NCBI GenBank assembly: GCA_048886305.1 | Contig: JBHLKV010000004.1 | Span: 1-43,540 of the forward strand | Source: Candidatus Hodarchaeota archaeon | Lineage (GTDB): Archaea; Asgardarchaeota; Lokiarchaeia; Sigyniarchaeales; SOKP01 | Direction: 5' to 3' | DNA: 43,540 nt | Part shown: in pieces, positions 27,760-37,330 of the stretch | Layout: every line of letters starts with the position of its first letter | Position numbering within the stretch: position 1 is the stretch's first letter | Notes under the pieces: generated by a model | What the model saw: only the letters and a program-made list of their open reading frames with translations | The model's database searches: none | What the model was told of the DNA's origin: nothing | Position numbers and translations under genes: made by a program

Positions 27760-28467
27760 ATGTCAGAAGAAAAGGAAATTACTCCGGAAAACTATGCAAA
27801 CTGGTTTGCTCTTTATCATCTATCTCAAAATATTGGAAGCCAAAAAGCAATTCATATTAGTAGCGTAGAGTTTGGAAAGGTATTAAATTTATCTCAACAA
27901 ACAGCGTCAAGAAGAATTAATACTTTAGAAGATATCGGATGGATTGAGAGAAAGATTGAAGCAAAAGAACAAATAATAAGAATAACTAAGAAAGGTGCTG
28001 ATGTAATACTTGCTATGTATAAAAGTTTGAAGCAAATTTTAGAAAATATTTTAATTGTGGGGGAGGTTACAACAGGGATAGGAGAGGGTCATTATTATGT
28101 CAAAATCAAAAACTATCTTAATCAGTTTCAAGAAAAATTAAAATTCGTTCCTTTTTTTGGAACATTAAATCTTCAATTAAGTGATCTTAACTATGAATTA
28201 CTAATGGAAAATTTGAAAAATCGAATCCCCGTTAAAATCGAAGGATTTAAAGATGTTGAGGAGGGACGGACCTTCGGTTCAGTTGATTGTTATTATTGTT
28301 TTGTCTCTCGTTTAGATAATCAAGAAAAGAGAGTAAATGCCGTAGTATTATTAATTAAACGAACGCATCATAAGAGAAATATTGTTGAGATCTTAGCAGA
28401 ACCTTATTTAAGAGATGTATTGAATTTACATGATGGTGATAGAGTAAGAATTGAATTAATAAAATAG
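27760..28467 (+). CDS. ribK: CTP-dependent riboflavin kinase with N-terminal wHTH (RbkR type)
   Basis: SQQTASRRI HTH; GEVTTGIGEGHYY, PFFGTLN, RTHH, LRDVLNLHDGDRV. Confidence 0.92.
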   Translation: MSEEKEITPENYANWFALYHLSQNIGSQKAIHISSVEFGKVLNLSQQTASRRINTLEDIGWIERKIEAKEQIIRITKKGADVILAMYKSLKQILENILIVGEVTTGIGEGHYYVKIKNYLNQFQEKLKFVPFFGTLNLQLSDLNYELLMENLKNRIPVKIEGFKDVEEGRTFGSVDCYYCFVSRLDNQEKRVNAVVLLIKRTHHKRNIVEILAEPYLRDVLNLHDGDRVRIELIK

Positions 28468-28479
28468 TAATTTTTTTAC

Positions 28480-29103
28480 TTATTGTTCATTTACTTCTTT
28501 CTTTATTTGATTATTAATTTTTACAAACCTAAATATTGCTGTTCCAATTACAAGCCACATAAAAACAAAAAGAAGCTCATCCATAAATCCAAAAAAAAAA
28601 GCAATTAACAGTGTTATAAAAATATAAAATAGTCTCTCTGATCTGGCCATTAATCCAATATCAAAATCTCCTTTAAAAAATACATAAGCTCTTGCTCTAG
28701 TGTAACTTATCATAATTGAACCTAAAAAGGCTATAGTTACTATTAATTTCATATCAAAAAGATTCCAGAGCATCTTATCCCAACAATACACTAGAAGCCC
28801 ATAAAAAATAATGAATTCTGAAAATCTGTCCATAATAGAATCGAAAAAACCACCAAAAGGTGAGCTTTTTCCTGTTAATCTAGCGATAGTACCATCAACT
28901 CCATCCATGATCCCAGTAATAAATATAAAAATTGCTGAAAACAAAGGACTAGAGAAAAAAATAAGAGAGATAGTACTAAGTATAGCAAAAAAGAACATAA
29001 ACATTGTAGCTAAATTTGGTGTAATATGAATTTTAATAAAACATTTAGCTAGAATCTCAACTAAGGGTCGAAAAATATATCTTACCCTAAATTTCGAAGG
29101 CAT
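28480..29103 (-). CDS. CDP-alcohol phosphatidyltransferase (archaetidylinositol-phosphate synthase-like)
   Basis: ITPN; DGVDGTIAR...GGFFDSIMDR signature; SYTRARA, GLMARSER. Confidence 0.88.
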   Translation of the reverse strand: MPSKFRVRYIFRPLVEILAKCFIKIHITPNLATMFMFFFAILSTISLIFFSSPLFSAIFIFITGIMDGVDGTIARLTGKSSPFGGFFDSIMDRFSEFIIFYGLLVYCWDKMLWNLFDMKLIVTIAFLGSIMISYTRARAYVFFKGDFDIGLMARSERLFYIFITLLIAFFFGFMDELLFVFMWLVIGTAIFRFVKINNQIKKEVNEQ

Positions 29104-29223
29104 TATATCAAATTTTTTTGATTCTTTGAAGATTTTAATATCTTGATTATAATATAATTTTTTTATTTTGGTACTTTTACAATAAATAATTAATTTAAAA
29201 TTTTTAATAAAAAGTGGAAATTC

Positions 29224-29532
29224 TTGAAATTACGTTTAATCTTAAAAACAAGAACTAAGAAAGATAAAGAAATTTGCTTGAAATTTAACATAGCACCCAG
29301 TAAACATATTGGTTTTATTAATTTTATTAATTTAGCTCTTAAAGAAGATAAGCCTATTACTATTTCTTTTGAAAAAATTTCTAAATCTGGACAAAAAGAA
29401 GAAAGCAAGATTTATGGTGAATTTAAATTTACTGGTAAAGATTCAGCAAGATTAGAACAATTAGAAGAGGATATACAAGAAGCAGAAAAGAGAAGAAAAA
29501 AGCAACAAGAGAGAAGAAAACATAAACAATAA
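29224..29532 (+). CDS. Hypothetical basic protein
   Basis: TTG-started 102-aa ORF with a charged helical tail; fills the gap between two minus-strand genes. Confidence 0.6.
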   Translation: MKLRLILKTRTKKDKEICLKFNIAPSKHIGFINFINLALKEDKPITISFEKISKSGQKEESKIYGEFKFTGKDSARLEQLEEDIQEAEKRRKKQQERRKHKQ

Positions 29533-29561
29533 TTAGAATGCAAATTAATGGTCTAATCTCT

Positions 29562-30326
29562 TTAAAATAATGATATAAAACCTAATTTTATTAAATTTTT
29601 TGAAATATTGTAGACCTTTTCTGGTTCAATATTCAAATCTTTTGCAATCAATTCAATCGATTTTCTCCCATCAATCTGATAGAAAATTTTATGAGAAGTC
29701 TCACCAGTTAAGTAAAACTTAGGGTTAATTTTTTTGGATATTGTGAAACGAGGAATATATGCATAATATTCTGGAGACGAAACATTTTTTTCTTCTATTT
29801 CATCTACTCTGGCAATTACTGAGTTTGCGGTATCTTCGATCTTAATTCCTAAACTACTAAGAACATCATTAACGTTTTGATTAGACTTCGGTTTAATTTC
29901 ATCTTGCTCTTCATTTATGTATATCATAATCTCCTGTTCAAATGATTTAAAAGTATCTTTTCTCCCACTCCACTCTAAAATTTGATTATGATTATATTGT
30001 TGTAAAAATGTTTTAGAAATTTTTTTTAAGACACCTTGTACGGTTAATCCCTTGGAATTTTCATCATATGTCGCTAAGAATATTAAATTTGGAATGCTGG
30101 GATCTCTCAGAAAAGATACTTTTAAGTTATTATTTCCTAATTTTAGTTCACTAATATTTCCTAAATCCTCAAAGGAATCTGAAAATGAATTCAATGCCGA
30201 AAAAAAGCCTGATGCCATAATAAGGTTATCTCCTTGAGTGAATAGTGTTTGAGAACTAGAAGATTCATTAAAACTCTTGGATAATAACGGTAAGCCATCC
30301 CGAATAATCACAATATCGCAAATCAT
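29562..30326 (-). CDS. Longin-like domain + C-terminal winged helix (NPRL2-like architecture)
   Basis: IVIIRDGLPLLSKSF...SGFFSALNSFS longin-like N-terminus; QIDGRKSIELIAKDL...KNLIKLGFI wHTH. Confidence 0.65.
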   Translation of the reverse strand: MICDIVIIRDGLPLLSKSFNESSSSQTLFTQGDNLIMASGFFSALNSFSDSFEDLGNISELKLGNNNLKVSFLRDPSIPNLIFLATYDENSKGLTVQGVLKKISKTFLQQYNHNQILEWSGRKDTFKSFEQEIMIYINEEQDEIKPKSNQNVNDVLSSLGIKIEDTANSVIARVDEIEEKNVSSPEYYAYIPRFTISKKINPKFYLTGETSHKIFYQIDGRKSIELIAKDLNIEPEKVYNISKNLIKLGFISLF

Positions 30327-30479
30327 AATTTCAGAATAGTTAAATATAAAAATCTCAAAATTTTTGAGAATATTCTCATCGAATCATTAAAATCTATATA
30401 ATAGTGAAAAAAAAAGAGTTATAATACTTCTGTAATACCAGAGTAACATAATTTTGTTATGTAATAATATTCTCATATA

Positions 30480-31553
30480 ATGATTCATATCAAATCTCCC
30501 GGCAGAATTTGTTTATTTGGGGAACATCAAGATTACTTATTATACCCAGTAATTTCTATGGCAATTAATAAATATATTTACTTAAAAGCAGAACGGATTT
30601 CATCTAAGAAACTTCTTATAGAACTCCCGGATATAAATGATAAAATAGAAATTGAATTGAATGATAAGGAATTAGAATATTATTCAAAGAGAGATTATTT
30701 AAGAAGTGCGTATAATCAATTATTAAGGAAGGGAATCAAATTTAAAAGAGGTTTCAAGGTAGAAATAACAGGAGATATCCCAATTAATGCTGGAGTAGCA
30801 AGTTCTTCTGCTCTTATAATAGCTTGGTTATATTTTTTAAATTTAATATGTGAAGATAACCTAGATCCATTTCAATTAGCAATGGAAGGTTATAATACAG
30901 AAGTTAAAGAGTTTAATGAAGCAGGCGGTATGATGGATCATTTTACTTCTATATATGGGAATATAGTTTATTTAGAACCTGAAACTCCTGTCCCTAAATT
31001 TATAAATAAGAGATGCCAACTTGAAGGTTTTGTATTAGGAAATTCCTTGGAAGAAAAAGATACTGTAGAAGATTTATTTAAAGTAAAAAGATTAGCTATT
31101 AAATCATTTGAAGTATTAAAGGAGATTATGCCAAGTTTTAACCAATACACAACTTCTATCGAAGAACTAAACCAATATTTACCTAATCTTAAAAATGATT
31201 ATCAAGAAAAGATCATTGGAAATTTAACGAATCGTGATCTTACAATAAAAGCTAAAAGTTTAATTTTTAATACAAGGCACTCAAAAAATTTTTACCAAGA
31301 ATTAGGTACTTTATTGAATTTACAACATCAACAACTTAAAAACAATATTAAAATCTCTACAAAAAAAATTGATAAAATGATCTCTAATTGTTTAGAAAAA
31401 GGTGCACTAGGAGCAAAAATAAATGGTTCAGGATTTGGAGGTACAATGTTTTCTCTTTTCCCAAAAAATCAAGAGTTATTGATAAAAGCTATAGAAAATG
31501 CTGGTGGTGAAGCATTTACTATAACCACGAGTAGTGGTGTCGAAACTTATTAA
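30480..31553 (+). CDS. GHMP kinase, galactokinase-like
   Basis: SPGRICLFGEHQDY, PINAGVASSSA, GMMD, GAKINGSGFGG. Confidence 0.87.
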   Translation: MIHIKSPGRICLFGEHQDYLLYPVISMAINKYIYLKAERISSKKLLIELPDINDKIEIELNDKELEYYSKRDYLRSAYNQLLRKGIKFKRGFKVEITGDIPINAGVASSSALIIAWLYFLNLICEDNLDPFQLAMEGYNTEVKEFNEAGGMMDHFTSIYGNIVYLEPETPVPKFINKRCQLEGFVLGNSLEEKDTVEDLFKVKRLAIKSFEVLKEIMPSFNQYTTSIEELNQYLPNLKNDYQEKIIGNLTNRDLTIKAKSLIFNTRHSKNFYQELGTLLNLQHQQLKNNIKISTKKIDKMISNCLEKGALGAKINGSGFGGTMFSLFPKNQELLIKAIENAGGEAFTITTSSGVETY

Positions 31554-31571
31554 AAAGTCGACTTGAGAAAT

Positions 31572-31982
31572 TTATTCCCTTATAAAAATAGTATCAAAAT
31601 CTTCTCCAATTGCTCGAGCAATCTTTAGTAATTCTTTTTCGTTGAACTTAAGTGACAATTGCTCGTCGTTTAAATCCTTTAATCCTATTAATCTCTCTGT
31701 TTTAACTCCCGATTTTAGAGATATATCTTCTAATTCATCTAATGTTTTACTTCCCAATACATCTTTAATTATAGGTTCAAAATAGAAAATTTCTTCTATT
31801 TTTTTATTGAATATTTCTGCAATTTTTAGAGATAATGTTAAAGAAGGATTATATGATCCTTTTTCTAAAAAATAAATCGTTTGGCGAGAAACACCTACTA
31901 AGTCGGCTAATTCTTGCTGTTTAAGATTTCTCTCATCTCTCAGTTCTTTTATCCTTGTTACTAATTTCTTCCTAAACTTCAG
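31572..31982 (-). CDS. XRE/Cro-family HTH regulator, 136 aa, probable CTG start (ORF track shows only the last 61 aa)
   Basis: Frame open upstream of 31757: LKFRKKLVTRIKELRDERNLKQQELADLVGVSRQTIYFLEKGSYNPSLTLSLKIAEIF. An in-frame TAG lies 3 codons before CTG 31982. Confidence 0.85.
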   Translation of the reverse strand: MKFRKKLVTRIKELRDERNLKQQELADLVGVSRQTIYFLEKGSYNPSLTLSLKIAEIFNKKIEEIFYFEPIIKDVLGSKTLDELEDISLKSGVKTERLIGLKDLNDEQLSLKFNEKELLKIARAIGEDFDTIFIRE

Positions 31983-32050
31983 TGTTTCCTAACCTATTCA
32001 ATATGTTGTTCTTAAAATGAAAATAAAATAAAAAAAATAAAATCTTAAAA

Positions 32051-32899
32051 TTAAACCATTTTAAAGAGATCTTCGATTCTACAATTCAATGCTTCTGCAA
32101 TTTTATATGCTAATGTTAAACTGGGATTATATCTACCTTCTTCCAAATAATTAATGGTTTGAATAGGAACTCCTACTTTTTCAGCCAATTGAGCAGTTGA
32201 CATGCTAATCTTCTCTCTTAACTCTTTTATTGAAGTCTTTAGTTTTTCTGCTTCTCGCATTTTTGAAAGAATATAGCTAATGAAGTTGTCAAAAGCAAGT
32301 TCTTCAGGTTTGAATATTTTATCCTCTAACCCAGAGGGAACAGTAGAATACTTTGTCATCATTTCTTTTATTTTGTGTTCGATGATATTGGGGTCTTTAA
32401 GACCAGGAATATACCCCTCTGGTCGCGATATCCCCTTTTGAGCACTTGCAGCAGCAGCAGTTGATCCAGCAGTCTCAACTTTGACTGTAAATGTCTTAAA
32501 CATTCTATCAAAAACACCATTTGCTATGTTAATATTCTGAATTCGACTATAAGGAATAGTTGCTCTCACTTGTGTAAAAACGCCATGATTAATCAGGATG
32601 TTATCTTCTGATATTTTATAAGAGAATTTCTGTACATAAGCGGAGTAATACCAAATCTGTATTATCATTAATACTATAAAAGGTGTTATGAATACAAATA
32701 AAATTGTTAGTAGTATCACAACGATATTGAAATTTTCAGGATTTATCCCATCCTCAGTAACTATGTTCCAAGAAATGAATAATGCTATTACAGTAGCTGC
32801 ACTAAGTATCAAAAGAAAAATTAATCCTCCCTTTAATACTTCTTTATTTCTATAACTGTTTGAAATCGTCCCTTCGAATGAAAAATTTTCTTTATCCAT
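32051..32899 (-). CDS. Membrane protein: 2 TM + bacterial PH (bPH_2/YdbS-like) domain + C-terminal XRE HTH
   Basis: YKISED...GVFT...IPYSRIQNI...V.VETAG PH motif; IKELREK...QLAEKVGV..QTINYLEEGRYNPSL HTH. Confidence 0.85.
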   Translation of the reverse strand: MDKENFSFEGTISNSYRNKEVLKGGLIFLLILSAATVIALFISWNIVTEDGINPENFNIVVILLTILFVFITPFIVLMIIQIWYYSAYVQKFSYKISEDNILINHGVFTQVRATIPYSRIQNINIANGVFDRMFKTFTVKVETAGSTAAAASAQKGISRPEGYIPGLKDPNIIEHKIKEMMTKYSTVPSGLEDKIFKPEELAFDNFISYILSKMREAEKLKTSIKELREKISMSTAQLAEKVGVPIQTINYLEEGRYNPSLTLAYKIAEALNCRIEDLFKMV

Positions 32900-32935
32900 T
32901 TTTTCCTCCTTTTTTTAAAAAATTATAATTCATTC

Positions 32936-32957
32936 TATGTTAAATAAACTTAACATA
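32936..32957. promoter_or_regulatory. Palindromic operator candidate TATGTTAA-N6-TTAACATA
   Basis: Perfect 8-bp inverted repeat 36 nt upstream of the PH-HTH start codon. Confidence 0.65.
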
Positions 32958-33001
32958 AATATTTAAATGTTTCGATCGTTGAAGAAACTGAATTTAAAAG
33001 C

Positions 33002-33020
33002 GTTAATAAAACTTAACATA
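33002..33020. promoter_or_regulatory. Second operator copy GTTAA-N6-TTAAC(ATA)
   Basis: Same spacing and the same AAACTTAACATAA right half as 32936-32957. Confidence 0.55.
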
Positions 33021-33162
33021 AGGTCATTTTAAAAAAGAAAAAGGATTAAACAGAAAAACTTACACCTTTTTATATGAAAAACTAGAAGTTCTAATGTACT
33101 TAATACAAAATTATTAAAATGAAAATTCTAGTCGACTTTTTTATTTTGGGTGATCACATAGA

Positions 33163-33672
33163 GTGAATCAAATCTTAGAAAGAGTTATTATATTCTTAGA
33201 TCATGCCAATATCTTCCATAATGTCGCAAAATTGAATATAAGAATTAATTATAAGAAATTAAAAGAAATCCTAACAAAGGATAATCACTTAGTAGGCGTT
33301 TTTACATATATGGGAATTCCAGAAAAAGTTTTTCCCAAGAAACGTAATTTTCTTAATTATTTAAATTCTCAGGGATTTATTATTCAGCCTAGGCCTATTA
33401 AAATATCACCTAATGGTAAAAAAGAGCAAAAAGGGGTTGATATCTTCATTTATAAAGATATTGTTGAGTTAGCAGAGGAAGATGCTTATGATAAAGCTAT
33501 TCTAGTAAGCGGAGATGCTGATTTCGTCGATGTGGTGAAAAGTTTAAAAAAATATAATAAAAGAATCGAGATCTGGAGTTTTAGGAAATCTCTTTCGAAT
33601 CTATTAAAAGACGAAGCAGGAAAGGAGAACGTTCATTATATTGATGACATTTTGTATCAAATTAAATATTGA
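33163..33672 (+). CDS. NYN (LabA/DUF88, PIN-like) domain protein
   Basis: FLDHANI, QKGVD, LVSGDADF acidic motifs; GGTGAT SD-like element before GTG. Confidence 0.9.
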   Translation: MNQILERVIIFLDHANIFHNVAKLNIRINYKKLKEILTKDNHLVGVFTYMGIPEKVFPKKRNFLNYLNSQGFIIQPRPIKISPNGKKEQKGVDIFIYKDIVELAEEDAYDKAILVSGDADFVDVVKSLKKYNKRIEIWSFRKSLSNLLKDEAGKENVHYIDDILYQIKY

Positions 33673-33726
33673 AAATATAAAAAATTATCGAAGTTTAAAT
33701 AATTCTATCAAAAGCAATTATTGTTT

Positions 33727-33880
33727 CAAAGATAGAAACCTCATTATAGAGAGAATAATAAGAAGAGTTGCAAAAAGCAATTTAAATGTTCGCTAAATTT
33801 TTTCCCTTCGATAAAAACGACTCTTCTCAAATATTCTCTCGCTTATATGAGTTACTTTGTAAATGATTATCCTTTTTTTT
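33727..33880 (+). ncRNA. Candidate rod-like hairpin RNA / long imperfect inverted repeat
   Basis: Nested arms GAGAGAATA/TATTCTCTC, AGAAGAGTTG/CGACTCTTCT, CTCAT/ATGAG, CAAAG/CTTTG; followed by T8. Confidence 0.45.
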
Positions 33881-33980
33881 CTAAAAAAATCAAAGTTAAT
33901 AAAAAATGGACTAATCAAAAAATATATACTAAAATTAATAATAATCTGTAAAATCTTTTAAAAAAATTGAGTTGAGAATA

Positions 33981-34547
33981 GTGTCAAGTGATAAATATAG
34001 ACATCGTTATTATTATAAAGAAAAATATGAAGCTGCTATTGGGACCTTCGCTGTGGCTATAGTTTTTGTTTTTGTGGCGATTCTTTCTTTAGTTTTTATG
34101 GCATTCGAAATTGAATTCATTGGACTTGCCGGCTGGGGATACTGGATGTTTATTCCGGCGTTCTTTATCTTTATCGGCGGATTCAACCAACTTTATACTA
34201 ACTACAAATATAAACAAGTAGTTAAAAATGCTTTAGCCCAAAGAAATTACCAAGGAACTTATAAACTTGAACATATTGCCCTCGAGATAGGAATGAGACC
34301 AAAGGATTTGCTAAGGGTCTTATTAGATCTGCGAACTCGTGGTTTAGTCCAATATAGTTTTAACCCTGATACTGGAGAAATAATTTTAGGAAAAGGAATT
34401 TCATATACCAAATCAGAAGAATATAGTCCCCCAGAAAAGGGATTAGAAGCTCCTATACAAACAGAAGGGAAAAATTACTGTGTTTATTGCGGTCATAAAT
34501 TAGAAGCAAGAGCAAATTTTTGTCCAAATTGTGGTTCAAAACTATAA
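33981..34547 (+). CDS. Membrane protein with 2 TM, wHTH-like segment and C-terminal zinc ribbon
   Basis: LEHIALEIGM...LLDLRTRGLV wHTH-like; CVYCG...CPNCG. Start GTG 33981 or TTG 33972. Confidence 0.75.
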   Translation: MSSDKYRHRYYYKEKYEAAIGTFAVAIVFVFVAILSLVFMAFEIEFIGLAGWGYWMFIPAFFIFIGGFNQLYTNYKYKQVVKNALAQRNYQGTYKLEHIALEIGMRPKDLLRVLLDLRTRGLVQYSFNPDTGEIILGKGISYTKSEEYSPPEKGLEAPIQTEGKNYCVYCGHKLEARANFCPNCGSKL

Positions 34548-34634
34548 CTGTTTTACGATTAATTAAATTTTTTTTTCACTTAAATATTTTAAAGCAATCA
34601 TTTGGTTTATTTAAAATGAGAACCTATTGAAATT

Positions 34635-35660
34635 ATGAGAAGATTTTATGTTCCTGAACCTAATTCTGGAGGGCTAATCCTTTCCTACAAATGCAGTGGA
34701 GAATGTAAACACTGCATGTACTTATGTTCTCCAAAATGGAGTAATGATTGGATAAATAAGAAAGACCTGGAATCATTGTTAACAAATCTATCTGAAAGAA
34801 TCCAACCTGCCCCTTTTGGAGCAGATAATGTAAGCCTTAATTATGGGCTTCATTTAACAGGAGGAGAGCCGTTCCTAAACTATGATCTATTGTTAAATAG
34901 TATAGAAATTGCTAATAATTTAAGAATTCCCTCTCTTTTTGTTGAAACTAATTGTTATTGGTGTCAGAATGATAATGTTACTAAAGAAAAATTATTAAAG
35001 CTAAAAAAAGCAGGTTTAAAAGGTATATTGATTAGCGTAAATCCTTTTATTCTTGAATATGTTCCATTTGAACATACAAAAAGAGCTATAAAATTTAGTA
35101 CGGAAATTTTTGGTGATAATCTTATGATTTATCAGATTTATTATTATCATCAATTTATTAATTTGAATATCAATGAGAGTTTACCTCTTGAAAAATATTT
35201 AAAGCTTACGAGTTTAAATGATCTAAAAAGAAAAGTCGAATTCTTTTGGATGGGAAGAGCTCCATATAAGCTTCAAGAATTATATAAGAAATATCCATTA
35301 AAACAATTTTTAAATGAGAATTGTGCTTCTGAATTAGTACGTTCCTGGCATTGTCATTTTGATAATTATGGAAATTATATGCCTGGATATTGTGGAGGTT
35401 TATCTTGGGGAAATGTTCGACAACTTAATTCTTTATGTGACGAGGGAATTGATATTGATAATTATCCAATTTTAAAAGCTTTAATTTTTGGAAAATTAAA
35501 TGATCTATATTCACTAGCAGTTGAACGTTTCGGATACAAAGAAATTCCAGAAGGATATATTTCAAAATGTCACATTTGCTTTGATATAAGAAGAAAAATG
35601 ATATCAAAAATTAATGAATTTAAAGAACTAAAGCCAATTGAATTTTATATACACATTTAA
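34635..35660 (+). CDS. Radical SAM protein
   Basis: CSGECKHC (CxxxCxxC), LTGGEPF, ETN; further C-terminal cysteines (CHIC). Confidence 0.9.
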   Translation: MRRFYVPEPNSGGLILSYKCSGECKHCMYLCSPKWSNDWINKKDLESLLTNLSERIQPAPFGADNVSLNYGLHLTGGEPFLNYDLLLNSIEIANNLRIPSLFVETNCYWCQNDNVTKEKLLKLKKAGLKGILISVNPFILEYVPFEHTKRAIKFSTEIFGDNLMIYQIYYYHQFINLNINESLPLEKYLKLTSLNDLKRKVEFFWMGRAPYKLQELYKKYPLKQFLNENCASELVRSWHCHFDNYGNYMPGYCGGLSWGNVRQLNSLCDEGIDIDNYPILKALIFGKLNDLYSLAVERFGYKEIPEGYISKCHICFDIRRKMISKINEFKELKPIEFYIHI

Positions 35661-35702
35661 AAAAAATTAAATTTATTTAAAATTATAAAATGAAAGGTTA
35701 TA

Positions 35703-37118
35703 TTAAGTAACCAAGACTTTTTCTTTTTTTTCTGAATGTAGTTTTCTAGCTTCCTGTGTTAATTTATTGTATTTTTCTTTATTGATGGGAAAATAAGTCA
35801 TAGCTATAATTCCAATGATTAAAAATATTATTGGTAAAATTACCATGAGACTTCGTAACCCAAACTCTACTGCATATTCAGCTGTACTAAGATCGAAGAT
35901 ATTCCAATCTGTACCTATAAAAACTAATCCTATTGATAAGAATACTACCACATTAGAGAATTTTACGATAAAACCATTTATTCCATAGAAATTACCTTCT
36001 CTTCTAACTCCTGTTTTTAACTCATCTTCATCTATGATTGCAGCAATCGTTATATCTCTAACAATTAATACTCCTGCTAGCCCTATTCCTAATATGAAGA
36101 AGAATATAAATCCTAAGACGGCACCCTTAATGAACATGAGAGGTAGCAGAGTTATAATAAATATTATCAACGATAAGATATAAGATCCTTTAGCACCGAG
36201 TTTATTTACTATTAAGCGCCATGGGAATACAAAGATAGCTGCAGCAACAAAACCAACACCAAGAATTAAAGAGAGTATTGTAGCATCTGAAACACCTAAA
36301 CAAACCGCTCCATAAATGGGCATGATCGTAGGAATCATATTGAAGGCATACCAAAGCGCAAAATTTCCAAACACGTATAGTTTGAAAGATTTGTGTCTAA
36401 ATGTATATTTTAATGCTTGTGTAAAAGTTGGAGCCCTTTCATGATCCTTAGAAAATTCAACTCTTTCCTTTAATCCAAATTTAATAAACACAAAAGCGCT
36501 AATTGCACAGATAATTGATATCGCAATTGCAGCAATTATATATTGCATGAAAGTATCGCGAAGAGGGACATCTTCACTTGTGAAGCTTTCAATAATGAAT
36601 CCTGGCAATAAGAAAGCTATCAATAATGAAAGAACTTGGAAAAACTGAATTGAATTATTTGCCTTAGCTCTTTGATCTAAATCTCGAAACATCTCTGGAA
36701 ACAGACTCGTTTGATTCAATGAAAACATCGTATAAAATAATTCCCAAACTATAATTATTGTTAAGAAATAGATAAAAGCCAATGCTTTAGGTTCTGAAGG
36801 CGCAGTAAATAAAAGAATATTTATTACAAGTAGAGGTATGATACCAATAATGATGAACGGTTTTCTACGACCCATTTTGAGGTTTGATCGATCAGAAATC
36901 GCTCCCAACATTGGATCATTAATAGCATTCCAGATTGCCCAGATTATGAAACCAATAGCTATAAATCCAGCGGGTAAGTCTATAATGGAAAAATAGAACG
37001 TGAAAATGAGGAATGTGAAAAATTGTAAGAAGATAACATCAGTAAAACCAGCAAAACTGTACAACACTGCTTTTTTTAATGTGTATTCTTCTTCATTACC
37101 TGTCTTTTCTTCTGTCAT
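35703..37118 (-). CDS. MFS transporter, GPH (MelB-like) family
   Basis: WNAINDPMLGAISDR...GRRKPF, IIDEDELKTGVRREG; ~12 TM. Confidence 0.9.
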   Translation of the reverse strand: MTEEKTGNEEEYTLKKAVLYSFAGFTDVIFLQFFTFLIFTFYFSIIDLPAGFIAIGFIIWAIWNAINDPMLGAISDRSNLKMGRRKPFIIIGIIPLLVINILLFTAPSEPKALAFIYFLTIIIVWELFYTMFSLNQTSLFPEMFRDLDQRAKANNSIQFFQVLSLLIAFLLPGFIIESFTSEDVPLRDTFMQYIIAAIAISIICAISAFVFIKFGLKERVEFSKDHERAPTFTQALKYTFRHKSFKLYVFGNFALWYAFNMIPTIMPIYGAVCLGVSDATILSLILGVGFVAAAIFVFPWRLIVNKLGAKGSYILSLIIFIITLLPLMFIKGAVLGFIFFFILGIGLAGVLIVRDITIAAIIDEDELKTGVRREGNFYGINGFIVKFSNVVVFLSIGLVFIGTDWNIFDLSTAEYAVEFGLRSLMVILPIIFLIIGIIAMTYFPINKEKYNKLTQEARKLHSEKKEKVLVT

Positions 37119-37330
37119 TTTAATTCCATTTTGGTATTTTTTTTAAAATTAATATTAAATTGTTTGCGATATATATAAATAAATTTTTTTCCCCCAATTA
37201 CATGAAATGGATTGAGTAAATTTTCCTTAAAAGTAAATAACTAATAATTCTAATAAATTCGCAGAGGCTTTTTTTTTAAATAGTTAGTAAATCCTACTAA
37301 AATCAAATTGAAATTTCTACGGGTTGATAC

